A DNA stretch of 64,000 nt from an uncultured Candidatus Saccharibacteria bacterium (GCA_964618905.1 CAZUDK010000003.1:9783-73782), one strand, 5' to 3'; counted from the first letter of the stretch, positions 27,750 through 37,882 are shown. The notes: generated from the sequence alone by a model not told the origin. Translations and numbers: made by a program.

Positions 27750-28232
27750 TCACAAATTATCTTTAAAAGTCAAATATGCAACCGCCCCGACATTGCTGCC
27801 GGGGCGTTCCTTCACGTGATACCATGTGCATTTCTCCACGGTTGGATAAACCTCCACCCATGACCTGCCTGGTCCTGTGAGCGGTATTTCGATGTGGTAC
27901 AGGTGCCCAAGCCCGATGTCGGAAAACTGACCTTGGGGTTTCCTCTTGCGGGAGAAGAGGCGTGCAATCGCACAAATTTTGACAAACCCCGGGCTCTGGA
28001 AAGTGACTTCGCCAGAGAAAGTCTGGATACTCGCCACGTGCCAGTTCGAAGAGGTAAATTCCACCACATCTCCTTCTTGTCCACCGATGAGGAGTGCTGA
28101 AATGATGTTTTCCGTACCAGCCTCCACCTCAACTGCCGTGAAGTACTTCCACGGTTCCACATGGATACTACTAGCGATGGAGGTGCCGATGAGTGTTCCG
28201 GTCATGATCGTGAGGAAAACGTACTTAAGCAT
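27750..28232 (-). CDS. Hypothetical secreted protein (160 aa)
   Basis: GGAGG SD, TTGACT promoter, N-terminal signal-like segment. Confidence 0.55.
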   Translation of the reverse strand: MLKYVFLTIMTGTLIGTSIASSIHVEPWKYFTAVEVEAGTENIISALLIGGQEGDVVEFTSSNWHVASIQTFSGEVTFQSPGFVKICAIARLFSRKRKPQGQFSDIGLGHLYHIEIPLTGPGRSWVEVYPTVEKCTWYHVKERPGSNVGAVAYLTFKDNL

Positions 28233-28318
28233 CTCTACCTCCAGAGTTGTGGTCAGAAGAGACTGGCTGTGGCTCTCTTTAAGCTATATAACAATACTTT
28301 ATATAAGTCAAATTGATA

Positions 28319-28540
28319 TTATTGTTTGCCAACAAACACAAATCTCGGGACTTTTTCTCCATTCACTTCCACCTCCTCTTCCCACATCGAGGCCGGACGG
28401 ACCCAGAGTGAAGAGACTTCATTTGCATATAAAGCTTCATAGAGCACCATATCTTCAAGAGTTTCCGAATGCTTAACTACTCCTATGACTTTGTATTCCT
28501 TTCCTGATTTTGAATGCTTCCAAGTACCTGGCTTAATCAT
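28319..28540 (-). CDS. DUF1653 family protein
   Basis: WKHSK..Y.V.G...HSETLE.MVLYEALY, WVRP, PRF. Confidence 0.88.
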   Translation of the reverse strand: MIKPGTWKHSKSGKEYKVIGVVKHSETLEDMVLYEALYANEVSSLWVRPASMWEEEVEVNGEKVPRFVFVGKQ

Positions 28541-29523
28541 CTTTTTAAAACTCGCTTAACTGCATCAATAATTGCCTTAGTATCTAGTCCATAGTGTTCT
28601 ATTAGCTCCTCCATTTCTCCTGATTGTCCGAACTGGTCTTTAACTGCCACGAATTCCATCGGCACCGGCTGGTTCTCTGCCAAGAGTTCTGCCACTGCCG
28701 ATCCCATACCACCGGCCGCTTGATGCTCTTCGACTGTTACTACCTTGCCGGCGCGCTTGGCCACAGCCAGAATCGTTTTTTCATCGAGAGGTTTGATAGT
28801 AGAGAGATTTACTACAATAGTTTGAATGTCGTCTTTCTCCAGTTTCTTGGCTGCTTCAAGAGCTTTATGAAGCAGTGCGCCGGTGGCGATGATGGCAACT
28901 TCAGGCTTGTCTGTTTGCCAGAAGACTCTCGCTTTACCGATCTCAAAAGGAGTTTTGTTAGTGGTTATTACAGGTGTATTCTCGCGTGCCAAACGTAAGT
29001 AAACCGGAGTGCCAGTGTCTACACTCGCAAGAGTAGCCTTCTTGGCCTCTATAGAATCGCAAGGTGAGATAACAATCATGCGAGGGATTACTCTGGTGAT
29101 AGCTATATCTTCTATAGCTTGGTGTGTACCGCCGTCCGGACCGACTGATACGCCAGCATGTGAGCCTGCGATTTTGACAGGTTGGTTGTTGTAACAAATA
29201 GTAGTGCGTATCTGCTCCCAATTTCTGCCCGGACTAAACATTGCATAGGAAGAGATAAATGGAATCTTGCCCATGGCTGCCATGCCTGAAGCCACTGCTG
29301 CCAAGTTCTGCTCGGCAACACCTATCTCCACAAAACGGTTTGGAAATTTGTTACGGAAAAGATGCATCTTGGTCGATTCCGTAAGATCTGCGCACAGCCC
29401 TACTACTTGCGGATTTTTTTCTCCAGCAGCAAGCAAGCCTTCTCCGAAGCCCGTGCGGATGGCGATTTGCTCGACTTTCTTGTCGAACATTTTTTCATTT
29501 AAATGTAATTCAGGATTAAGCAT
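28537..29523 (-). CDS. Transketolase, C-terminal subunit
   Basis: GVAEQN, GPDGGTHQAIED, VYLRL, VEEH. Confidence 0.93.
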   Translation of the reverse strand: MLNPELHLNEKMFDKKVEQIAIRTGFGEGLLAAGEKNPQVVGLCADLTESTKMHLFRNKFPNRFVEIGVAEQNLAAVASGMAAMGKIPFISSYAMFSPGRNWEQIRTTICYNNQPVKIAGSHAGVSVGPDGGTHQAIEDIAITRVIPRMIVISPCDSIEAKKATLASVDTGTPVYLRLARENTPVITTNKTPFEIGKARVFWQTDKPEVAIIATGALLHKALEAAKKLEKDDIQTIVVNLSTIKPLDEKTILAVAKRAGKVVTVEEHQAAGGMGSAVAELLAENQPVPMEFVAVKDQFGQSGEMEELIEHYGLDTKAIIDAVKRVLKR

Positions 29524-29590
29524 TACGGTCGAAGTATATCCATAATTATTTGGTCCCAGTATTCCTTAAGAAATTTTTTTATCTTATGCA

Positions 29591-30457
29591 TCATTGGTGT
29601 TCGCTTTTTATTTTGTTGCCAAGAGTTCTTAGCTCTTTAAGAGCGAGGTCTGCTTCTTCTTTGTTTGGCGGCTTGCCGTGCCAGCGGTAGTCTCGCTCGA
29701 ACTCTGGTACGCCTTTGCCGGCTATAGTATGTGCAATGATCACCACAGGTTGGCCGAAGACAGCTTTTGCTTCCTCAAAAGCGTCTGCTATTTCTTCTAT
29801 ATTATGTCCGTCTATTTCAATGACATGCCAGTTCCATGCTCTCCATTTATCAGAGAGCGATTCAAGAGGCATGACATCTTCCGTGTAGCCGTCTATTTGG
29901 ATATTATTCCTGTCTACTACGGCCGTAAGGTTCCCGAGTCCTTCCTTGCCGGCAAGCATGGCTGCTTCCCAGCTGGCGCCGGATTCCAGTTCTCCGTCAG
30001 AGAGCAGGCAATATATTCTGCGATGGCTAGTCTCTCCATTGTCTCGCTTGTCTGAGAGAGCCATGCCGACTGCTTGCGCAAGACCTGATGCAAGAGGACC
30101 AGAGCTTGTCTCAAGCATTGGCAAAAAATCTCTATGCGGGTGACCTTGCAGGCGCGAGCCAAACTTTCGTAAAGTCATAAGTTCTTCTACTGGAAAATAG
30201 CCGGCATAAGCCATAGAAGCGTATAGAACAGGACAAATGTGGCCATTTGAAAGTACGAGCCGGTCCCTCTCCGGCCAATGCGGATTTTTGGGATCCTGCT
30301 TTAAGGTATGAAAGTAAAGAACGGTGAATATGTCTGCCATATCAAGAGGGCCGGCAGTATGTCCGGAACCGGCTTCAAGAAGCATCTTTATGACAGCCTT
30401 ACGGATTTCATTTGCTCTCTCTTCCAGCTCTATGATTTTTTCTTCTGTGATGACCAT
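29591..30457 (-). CDS. Transketolase, N-terminal (TPP-binding) subunit
   Basis: SGH, LSNGH, LQGHP, SDGE...N TPP motif, WHGK. Confidence 0.93.
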   Translation of the reverse strand: MVITEEKIIELEERANEIRKAVIKMLLEAGSGHTAGPLDMADIFTVLYFHTLKQDPKNPHWPERDRLVLSNGHICPVLYASMAYAGYFPVEELMTLRKFGSRLQGHPHRDFLPMLETSSGPLASGLAQAVGMALSDKRDNGETSHRRIYCLLSDGELESGASWEAAMLAGKEGLGNLTAVVDRNNIQIDGYTEDVMPLESLSDKWRAWNWHVIEIDGHNIEEIADAFEEAKAVFGQPVVIIAHTIAGKGVPEFERDYRWHGKPPNKEEADLALKELRTLGNKIKSEHQ

Positions 30458-30987
30458 AATTCTTTAAATCCGGAACCAACCACAACTCTATCGACTCCGG
30501 CATCTTCTAATGCTTTTATGTTTTCAATATTTACACCTCCGTCCACACTTATTGGAATTGTGGGAAATTTCTCTCGTACTTTCTTTATTCTATCAAAAAC
30601 CTCCGATTCAAAAGGGTGCCCTTGTCCACCGATTTTTTCTATGGACATAAGTTGAATAAAATCCACTTTGTCCACTAAAGGAAAAATATTTTCTATAGGC
30701 ACTTGCATCTCTACCCCGAGTCCGATTTCAATATTTTCTTTGAGCGCTAATATTTCTTCTGACAAAAAATGAACGATTATTCTTTCTATTCCTCTCTTTG
30801 TCCAGCTTTTAGCAAGTTCTCTGGGATCATCAGCCATTATATGAACTTCAAGGCTTTTGTCTGTTGCGAGTGCGATGTCTTTGTCGAGTATGTCTAAATG
30901 CAAGAGCTCTATTTCTTCAGGTATGTCAGAGAGCTTTTGTTTAAAGTCTTCAATATCTGTCGGCAGTATAGCTGGGATAATCTTCAT
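30430..30987 (-). CDS. rpe: Ribulose-phosphate 3-epimerase (divergent)
   Basis: HLDILD, EVHIM, GGQG, ISVDGGV, VVGS. Confidence 0.85.
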   Translation of the reverse strand: MKIIPAILPTDIEDFKQKLSDIPEEIELLHLDILDKDIALATDKSLEVHIMADDPRELAKSWTKRGIERIIVHFLSEEILALKENIEIGLGVEMQVPIENIFPLVDKVDFIQLMSIEKIGGQGHPFESEVFDRIKKVREKFPTIPISVDGGVNIENIKALEDAGVDRVVVGSGFKELWSSQKKKS

Positions 30988-31463
30988 TGTTTGCCAAGTT
31001 TTTCTATTTTAGCCAGTCGCCTCTTATGCCTCTCCTCTCCGGTAAATGGCGTTGCCAGCCACTCTTTTACTGCGGCTTTGGCCTCATCTTCTGTTATAAA
31101 TCTTGCTCCCAAAGAAAGAATATTAGAATCATTATGTTCTCTGGAGAGTTTAATGATTGAGTCTTCACCTTCACCTGCTACGCATTTGCTCTTACCGTAA
31201 TAAACTGCTGCTCTTACTCCGTGGAATCTGTTTGCTATCATTGCCTCCCCTTGGCCGGAGCCTCCAAACAATATTCCTCTTGCTTCGCCGGATGACTTTG
31301 ATATTTCTTCGGCAACAGGAATCATGAAATCAGGATAATCATCAGTTTCCGTATATTCATAGGCACCTTTATCCTCGACTTCATGTCCAAGTTCTGCAAT
31401 GTAAGGTTTAAGCTTCTCTTTGAGACCGAAGCCTGCATGATCTGCTCCTACATAAATTTTCAT
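30984..31463 (-). CDS. rpiB: Ribose-5-phosphate isomerase B
   Basis: GADHAG, DDYPD, GGSGQGE, REHND, RHKRR. Confidence 0.93.
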   Translation of the reverse strand: MKIYVGADHAGFGLKEKLKPYIAELGHEVEDKGAYEYTETDDYPDFMIPVAEEISKSSGEARGILFGGSGQGEAMIANRFHGVRAAVYYGKSKCVAGEGEDSIIKLSREHNDSNILSLGARFITEDEAKAAVKEWLATPFTGEERHKRRLAKIEKLGKQ

Positions 31464-31475
31464 TTGCTTTAGGTT

Positions 31476-32507
31476 TTAGATACTCTTTCCAAGTTTTATT
31501 ACATGTTTGAGCAAGGTGCTGGTATACCCCATTTCGTTATCATACCAAGCCATAACCTTGACCAGATTGCCTCCCACAACCCTAGTCATAGCAAGATCTG
31601 CTGTAGAACCGTAGGTATTTCCTATTATATCAGTTGATACGAGTTCATCTTCTGTAACTGCGAACACGCCTTGCCATCTTTCATCTTCTGCCGCTTTTCG
31701 GAGAAAATTGTTTACCTCTTCTGCACTGGTATTTTTTTTAGAGATAAAAGTAACATCTACAAGAGAGCCGACTTTCACCGGTACTCTGGTAGAGATGCCG
31801 TCAAAGAGTCCGGAGAGCTTAGTAAAAGCTTTTGTAACAGCTATAGCCGCACCAGTACTTGAAGGAACAATATTTTCTGCGGCTGCGCGTCCTTCTCTGA
31901 GACCTTTCTTGGAAGGGCCGTCGACAAGCGATTGCGAAGCTGTGTAGCCGTGCACCGTATTAAGAACAGCCTTTTCTATTCCGAGAGATTCATCAAGAAT
32001 AGCTATAAGAGGCGAACCGGCATTGGTAGTGCAAGAAGCATTTGAGGTTATTTTGCAGGTAGATAGTTTTTCTTCATTGACTCCCAAGAGCACGGTTGCG
32101 CCTTCTATATCTGGCAGAGGGTCATCTTTCATTGGAGCGGAAACCACTACCCTTTTGGCACCGGCTTCCAGATGAGCTTTTGCACTTTCATATTTGGTAA
32201 ATGCACCAGTCGATTCGACAACTACGTCTATGCCAAGAGCTTCCCAAGGCAGTTTGGAAGGATCTTTTTCCGAGTAGAAGCTGACTTCATGACCATCTAT
32301 GAATAGTGTTTTTCCTCCATTTCTAACTTCTATGTTGAATTTAGAAGGGCCATAGACACTGTCATACTTGAGTAGGTATGCAATATCCTCAATATCACCG
32401 AGATCGTTAATAGCAACCACTTCTACATCACTGTTTTCTTTAGAGAGCCTGTAAAAAGCTCGTCCTATTCTTCCTGCGCCATTGATTGCTACTCGTAATT
32501 TATTCAT
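31476..32507 (-). CDS. gap: Glyceraldehyde-3-phosphate dehydrogenase
   Basis: INGAGRIGR, SNASCTTN, WYDNEMGY. Confidence 0.95.
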   Translation of the reverse strand: MNKLRVAINGAGRIGRAFYRLSKENSDVEVVAINDLGDIEDIAYLLKYDSVYGPSKFNIEVRNGGKTLFIDGHEVSFYSEKDPSKLPWEALGIDVVVESTGAFTKYESAKAHLEAGAKRVVVSAPMKDDPLPDIEGATVLLGVNEEKLSTCKITSNASCTTNAGSPLIAILDESLGIEKAVLNTVHGYTASQSLVDGPSKKGLREGRAAAENIVPSSTGAAIAVTKAFTKLSGLFDGISTRVPVKVGSLVDVTFISKKNTSAEEVNNFLRKAAEDERWQGVFAVTEDELVSTDIIGNTYGSTADLAMTRVVGGNLVKVMAWYDNEMGYTSTLLKHVIKLGKSI

Positions 32508-32530
32508 CTGTTAAGCTGTTTTGTTTAGTA

Positions 32531-33583
32531 TTATTTTTCAGTAGCGGATTCATTTTCTGCCTCTGCGGTCATAGGCAAGGATTCTTGCACTGGAGAATTA
32601 GATTCTGCATGAGCACCTGAATCTACTTCGTAGCTGGTATTCTGAGATTCGAAGAAGTTTACCAGCTCATACACGTCAGTGGCTGTTCCCATCCACTTTG
32701 CGGGATTGGTAGAACCGTAATGCTTTGGCAGACCAAGCTCTTCAAGACGTCTGTCAGCGATGTATTGAACGTATTGGTTCACATAGCTTGAATTCAATCC
32801 AAGGATTCCCTGCGGGAATAGATCTTTGTTGTAGGCAGTCTCCAGATTAACTCCTTCAATTATTATATCTCTGATTTCAGCAGCAAAGTCTTCTGTTAAA
32901 AGCTCCGAATTCTCTTCCAGAATGTTGTGAACAAGATTGATACCAAACTTTAAGTGCAGAGATTCATCTCTGATAACCCAGTTGATCATAGAGCCGAAAT
33001 TTCTCAGCTGATTTCTTTGTCTGAACGAGAGAGCAACCATGAATCCTGAATAGAACCAAATACCTTCCATGACAATGTTTGTGGCTACCAGGTTTCTAAG
33101 GAAGTCCTTTTTACCTTCCGGTGTGGATATGTCGAGGGTATCCTCTGTCATTCGGGACATGTACTTGTTTATGTATGCTTCCTTGGCAAGCATGGAAGGA
33201 ACATCGAGGTGCAGATCAAATATTTTCTCCTTATCGAACGGGAAAGTCTGAAGAACGTATTCGAAAGCTACGCAATGGTTTGCCTCTTCCCACATCTGCT
33301 TTGCAAGATAAAGGTGGCATTCAGGACTTTTAAGATATGGATATATACCAAGAGCTATAGAACGGTTAACTATCAGCTCTGCAGGGTTAAAGAATGCCAT
33401 CAAAAACTTAACAGCATGCTTTTCATCCTCAGTCATTTTCTCCCAGTCTTGAAGGTCTTCCTTGAGGGCTATCTCATGAGGAAACCATGTGTTGCGAACA
33501 GCTTGATTATAAAGATCGTATGCCCACGGATATCTCAGCGGGTGCAGATTCATGTCATCGGGTGTAGCTTTTCCTATCAGCAT
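32531..33583 (-). CDS. nrdB: Ribonucleotide reductase small subunit, class Ic-like
   Basis: Ligands E69, E100, H103, E173, E207, H210; F107 at the radical-Tyr position; NFFE near C-terminus. Confidence 0.92.
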   Translation of the reverse strand: MLIGKATPDDMNLHPLRYPWAYDLYNQAVRNTWFPHEIALKEDLQDWEKMTEDEKHAVKFLMAFFNPAELIVNRSIALGIYPYLKSPECHLYLAKQMWEEANHCVAFEYVLQTFPFDKEKIFDLHLDVPSMLAKEAYINKYMSRMTEDTLDISTPEGKKDFLRNLVATNIVMEGIWFYSGFMVALSFRQRNQLRNFGSMINWVIRDESLHLKFGINLVHNILEENSELLTEDFAAEIRDIIIEGVNLETAYNKDLFPQGILGLNSSYVNQYVQYIADRRLEELGLPKHYGSTNPAKWMGTATDVYELVNFFESQNTSYEVDSGAHAESNSPVQESLPMTAEAENESATEK

Positions 33584-33635
33584 TTCTAGATTTTTTTAAT
33601 TTATAAATTACAAAATAAATTTTATCACTTTCTGA

Positions 33636-36326
33636 CTATTGACAGCTGTCGCAGATAAGTGCGTTCTGTGGATCTTCGGGTATATAGACATTGTATTCTT
33701 TACTTTTGGAATCCGTATTCTGGCTTACTGGCGGCTGGTCTTGAGTCTGTGCAACCTGAGGAGTGGTATTTTCTTGCTCTACTGCAGAATTAGCAGGATT
33801 TTCTTCTGGCTGGTGTTCTGTCTTTGGTACTTCAACCAGTTCCTTTTCAGGAATGTTGACTGTGATGACTTCGCCGGATGCAACTGGCTCTGTTACGGCT
33901 TCTTTGAATAGATTTGAACTCTTGAGATCTCCGATAGCTGCAAAGCCTCTCTTGCCAATGACTTGAGCTTTGTTGACCTTCACGGTTGATTGCTCGGCTG
34001 TATGCCTTGGCTTCATGTGTAGATAGTAAGTAGATTTAAGACCTTTTTTCCAAGCTGTTTTGTATATTTCAAGAGTCTGGTGGATATCTCTGGTTTCAAG
34101 GTAAATATTTCTTGAAATTGCTTGGTCGAACCATTTTTGTGCTCGAGCAGCCACTTCCACATAAGCAAATGGCGAATTAGTGAATGAAGTCTTATAAACA
34201 TCTCTTATGTGCTGAGGAATAATATCTATGTCTGATATATCCCCTTGTTTTTCTATGATGGCTTCTCGAACTTCTTCCCAAATACCCATATTTTTTAAAT
34301 CCATGACAAGATTTCTGTTTATATCGAGATACTTGCCGCTGATTTTATTCCTTGAAAATACTTGGCTGAAACGAGCATCCATACCTGGAACGGTACCTGC
34401 TACAAGACCGATGTTGGCGTTGGGAGCCACGGCCATGAGGGTTGCATTTCTAATACCCTTCTTCACTTTTTCTCGAAGAATATCCCAGTCTAGTCCTTTG
34501 TGATGGCTTGATTTGTCTAGGTCTAAGGCCGTTCCTCTGTCTTCTTCGAGAGTTTTGATCGAGTCGAATGGTACCTTGCCTTTACTCCACTCCGAGCCGG
34601 CGAAATTTGAGTATGCACCTCTCTTGGCGGCCAGGTTAGTACTTTCGTCTATAGCCATATAGGAGACAAATTCAAAAACCCTGTCAGCAAAGTTGTAGGC
34701 GTGTACTGAATCATAAGGCAAGCCAAGTTTCTCGAAGACATCCGCAATACCCATGACACCAAGACCTACTGCCCTATTCTCCTTATCTGATTTTCTGGCT
34801 TCCGGCAGTGATAAATCATTTATATCAACCAAGTTGTCCAGCATTCTTACAGCTGTTCGCACTGTTTCTTCAAGTTTCTGCCAATTTACTTCCTTGTTTA
34901 CCACATGTGATGCAAGGTTTACAGAAGCTAGGTTGCAGACAGCTATATTGTCTTTGTCTTGAGGTAGGCAGATTTCCGTGCACAGGTTCGACATGTGAAT
35001 TGTGCCGGTATTGTTGTTGAGAGCTCTTAGATTTATAGAGTCCTTCCAAACTTGCCATGGATGAGCTGTAGTTTGCAGAGAAACTGTCATTTTGTGGTAC
35101 AGTTCTGTAGCCGGCATTTTCTTGAAAGTCCTGAGTTTGCCTTCCTTAGCCATTTCCACATATTCAGCGTATCTCTTGCTGAAAGCTGCGCCGTAAAGCT
35201 CCACCAAGTCTGGAGTTTCCTTTGGGTCAAATAGATACCATTCCTCTTCCCTTTCAACTCTCTTCATGAACTCGTCAGATATGTAGGCAGCAGTGTTTGC
35301 TGTACGCATTCTCATGTAGTCATCACCGGCATTGTGCTTCCATTCCAAAAATTCCGGAAAGTCCAGGTGCCAGTTTTCCATATAAAAGCAGAGAGCGCCT
35401 TTCTTTTTACCTCCGCGCTGGATGGCCCTTATAGCGGTATCCATGATCTTGGCGAAAGGTGTCGGTCCTGTAGAAACTCCTCCGCCAGCTGATATTAAGG
35501 GAGAGCCAGCAGAACGCAGTTTGGTCAAAGATACGCCAAGTCCGCCGGAGAATTTAGAGAGCATCATCACATCAGAGACAGACTTTGAAATATGTGACAT
35601 GTCATCTTCCACTTGAAGCAGGAAACAGTTTGATAAAGTAGCTCTAGTGGTGCCTGCTCCCAGATTGCACGATCCTCCAGCAATGAAGTCAAGCTTAGAC
35701 ATCTTGTTGTAGAACTTCTTGGCCCATTCAGTAGGATTTTCCTCATTGTAAGAGAGCCCCATGGCTACTCGCATGAAAAAATATTGAGGGGTCTCAAGCG
35801 GTCTTTGATCTTGATCTTTAATTGTGTAGCGATCTAAGAGGCTTGAAAGTCCAGCGAACTGAAATAGCTCATCTCTCCTGATATCGAGAGTATTTGCAAG
35901 CTCTTGAAGATCAAATTTCTCCTTCATTCGCTTGTCCAACTTGCCGTTTTCGATCTCTTTTTCTATGTATTCTGGGAAGAATTTTCTATGCTTTTCCTCA
36001 AGACTCTTTGGATCATTGCTGTATTCTCCTAAAACATTCTTGTATATGGTCTTGGCAAGCAGTCTGGTGGCTATTTTGTCATAGTCTGGATCTTCTTTGA
36101 CATTTTGGATGGCGGCATTGATGGTCGCTTCGTCCATCTCTTGGGTGGTGATGCCGTCGTATAGGGTCAGACGGGTTTCCGTGGCTACTTGAATGACTTT
36201 AGCTACTGGATCTATGAGACCTTCCGCTGCACGCTCTATGGATTTGTTGATTTTATCGGCATTAAACGGCTCTTTGGTGCCATCTCGGTGTGTAATATGG
36301 ATGTTAAGAAGTGATTGTTGAAGCAT
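33636..36326 (-). CDS. nrdA: Ribonucleotide reductase large subunit (class I, ATP cone)
   Basis: ATP cone, SNCF, SNLCTEI, VCNLAS, KSTYY, C-terminal CDSC. Confidence 0.95.
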   Translation of the reverse strand: MLQQSLLNIHITHRDGTKEPFNADKINKSIERAAEGLIDPVAKVIQVATETRLTLYDGITTQEMDEATINAAIQNVKEDPDYDKIATRLLAKTIYKNVLGEYSNDPKSLEEKHRKFFPEYIEKEIENGKLDKRMKEKFDLQELANTLDIRRDELFQFAGLSSLLDRYTIKDQDQRPLETPQYFFMRVAMGLSYNEENPTEWAKKFYNKMSKLDFIAGGSCNLGAGTTRATLSNCFLLQVEDDMSHISKSVSDVMMLSKFSGGLGVSLTKLRSAGSPLISAGGGVSTGPTPFAKIMDTAIRAIQRGGKKKGALCFYMENWHLDFPEFLEWKHNAGDDYMRMRTANTAAYISDEFMKRVEREEEWYLFDPKETPDLVELYGAAFSKRYAEYVEMAKEGKLRTFKKMPATELYHKMTVSLQTTAHPWQVWKDSINLRALNNNTGTIHMSNLCTEICLPQDKDNIAVCNLASVNLASHVVNKEVNWQKLEETVRTAVRMLDNLVDINDLSLPEARKSDKENRAVGLGVMGIADVFEKLGLPYDSVHAYNFADRVFEFVSYMAIDESTNLAAKRGAYSNFAGSEWSKGKVPFDSIKTLEEDRGTALDLDKSSHHKGLDWDILREKVKKGIRNATLMAVAPNANIGLVAGTVPGMDARFSQVFSRNKISGKYLDINRNLVMDLKNMGIWEEVREAIIEKQGDISDIDIIPQHIRDVYKTSFTNSPFAYVEVAARAQKWFDQAISRNIYLETRDIHQTLEIYKTAWKKGLKSTYYLHMKPRHTAEQSTVKVNKAQVIGKRGFAAIGDLKSSNLFKEAVTEPVASGEVITVNIPEKELVEVPKTEHQPEENPANSAVEQENTTPQVAQTQDQPPVSQNTDSKSKEYNVYIPEDPQNALICDSCQ

Positions 36327-36413
36327 AAAGAATTGGAAAAGCTAACTTGTTTACTAATTGTACATAGAAAAAACTTCGTAAGAAGTGGATAAAGGATTGA
36401 AACTCCGAGCAAT

Positions 36414-36914
36414 CTATTGTGCATAATGAAAATCGACAAAATCTTCGATTTTTACGTTGTTTTTTAGGACAAATCCGGCTGGAATTTCCAGAACATATTT
36501 TGCTGGAGAGGCTGGGCGGAAAATATCTGGAAAAGTATCCGGCGAAACGTTGTTTTCTGTTGAAATGATCTGCTTATTTTCGTCAATAAATACAATATCT
36601 ATGGGAAAGTTCATATCTTTCATCCAGATGCCGTATACCCCCGGCTGATCGAAGATAAACAGCATCCCTCTATCTTCCGGCAAACTTTCTCTTCCGGACA
36701 ATCCAAGGACTCTAAGCTCATCGGTGTCTGCAATCTCGGCAGTGATGATTTTTGAGCTAATTTTGACCATTGTTTCTCTGGCGGTCGACTGGGATCTACT
36801 TGATGCTGGCCTGCCTAGACTCGCATATTTAGGCGAGGCTGGCTCTTTTAGAAAAAAGTACAGAGAGGAGGACAGCAATACGATTCCTAAGATGAAGAAA
36901 AGAGTATTTTTCAT
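36414..36914 (-). CDS. DUF192 family membrane-anchored protein
   Basis: GLSGRE, GMLF, WMKDMNFPIDI, YVLEI. Confidence 0.9.
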   Translation of the reverse strand: MKNTLFFILGIVLLSSSLYFFLKEPASPKYASLGRPASSRSQSTARETMVKISSKIITAEIADTDELRVLGLSGRESLPEDRGMLFIFDQPGVYGIWMKDMNFPIDIVFIDENKQIISTENNVSPDTFPDIFRPASPAKYVLEIPAGFVLKNNVKIEDFVDFHYAQ

Positions 36915-36979
36915 GTTCTTATAATAGCAAAAGCCCCGCGGAAGCGGGACTTTTGCAGCAATCATGGCTTACAGCCTGA

Positions 36980-37261
36980 CTACATAGGTCTGCGGTCTCG
37001 AGGAGCGCGAGGCTCAAGAGGGCGAGCAACATTGACGGTAAGGGTTCTTCCTTCGAAGTCCTGGCCGTTCCACATGTCGATAGCCTTCTGAGCGTCTTCC
37101 TCATTCGTCATTTCGACGAATCCGAAGCCTTTGCTTCTGCCGGTCATGCGATCAATGATAATTGATGCAGATGCGACCTCGCCTGCCTTGGAGAAAGCCT
37201 CCTTCAGCGAGTCTTCAGTCGATGTATAAGGAATACCTCCGACATAGAGCTTTGTTGACAT
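36980..37261 (-). CDS. RRM RNA-binding protein
   Basis: LYVGGI (RNP2), KGFGFVEM (RNP1); terminator 36927-36956. Confidence 0.93.
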   Translation of the reverse strand: MSTKLYVGGIPYTSTEDSLKEAFSKAGEVASASIIIDRMTGRSKGFGFVEMTNEEDAQKAIDMWNGQDFEGRTLTVNVARPLEPRAPRDRRPM

Positions 37262-37422
37262 ACTTTAACTTAATTTACTGCCAGCATTCTTAATAAAGCA
37301 TGTAAGTTGCTGGCTCACTTCTCATTTCGAAACTCTCCACGAGACCTGCCCGCCGTAGCTTTGGCTGGACGGGAACTTACATTTCTTAATTATGTCACAC
37401 CTGGCCAAAAAATGCAAAAAAA

Positions 37423-37869
37423 TTAATCCACACTCTTGGCGTACATTCCCATAAGCGTGCACTCTTCCAAGGTGATGCCTTTTAAAATATCTTTGAGGTC
37501 GCTTGCTTCTGTTTCTGAAGGAAGGTCGATCTCACTTGAGAGCGCGTAAAGCCTTATAAAATACCTGTGAGTGCCGGAAGGAGGACATGGGCCAGTATAG
37601 CCAGTCTTGCCAGAACTTGTTTTACCTTCTACTGCTCCAACTGGCTCAGTGCCGGCAGGTATCATTTCTGTATTCGGGTCTATATTCCACAGAGTCCAGT
37701 GCACAAAGGTGCCGTTTGGTGCATCAGGATCTTCCATGACAAGAGCCAGGCTTTCTGCCCCATCCGGAACATTTGATATTTTGAGAGCAGGATTTATATT
37801 CTCGCCTTTGCAGGTGAATTTGAGAGGTATTAATTCTCCATCCTTGAAGTCAGGGCTTGTTAGTTGCAT
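37423..37869 (-). CDS. YbhB/YbcL (PEBP, Raf kinase inhibitor-like) protein
   Basis: DPDAP, FVHW, GPCPPSGTHRY. Confidence 0.92.
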   Translation of the reverse strand: MQLTSPDFKDGELIPLKFTCKGENINPALKISNVPDGAESLALVMEDPDAPNGTFVHWTLWNIDPNTEMIPAGTEPVGAVEGKTSSGKTGYTGPCPPSGTHRYFIRLYALSSEIDLPSETEASDLKDILKGITLEECTLMGMYAKSVD

Positions 37870-37882
37870 TGCACTAATTATA

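Noticed and set aside
33636-36326. Intein or intron in nrdA, gyrB or dnaB
   Set aside because: No C/S...HN splice motifs, homing endonuclease motifs or frame breaks; the extra length is low-complexity linker.
37349-37373. REP-like hairpin CCCGCCGTAGCTTTGGCTGGACGGG in the RRM gene leader
   Set aside because: Single imperfect copy in this window; cannot be told apart from ordinary leader structure.
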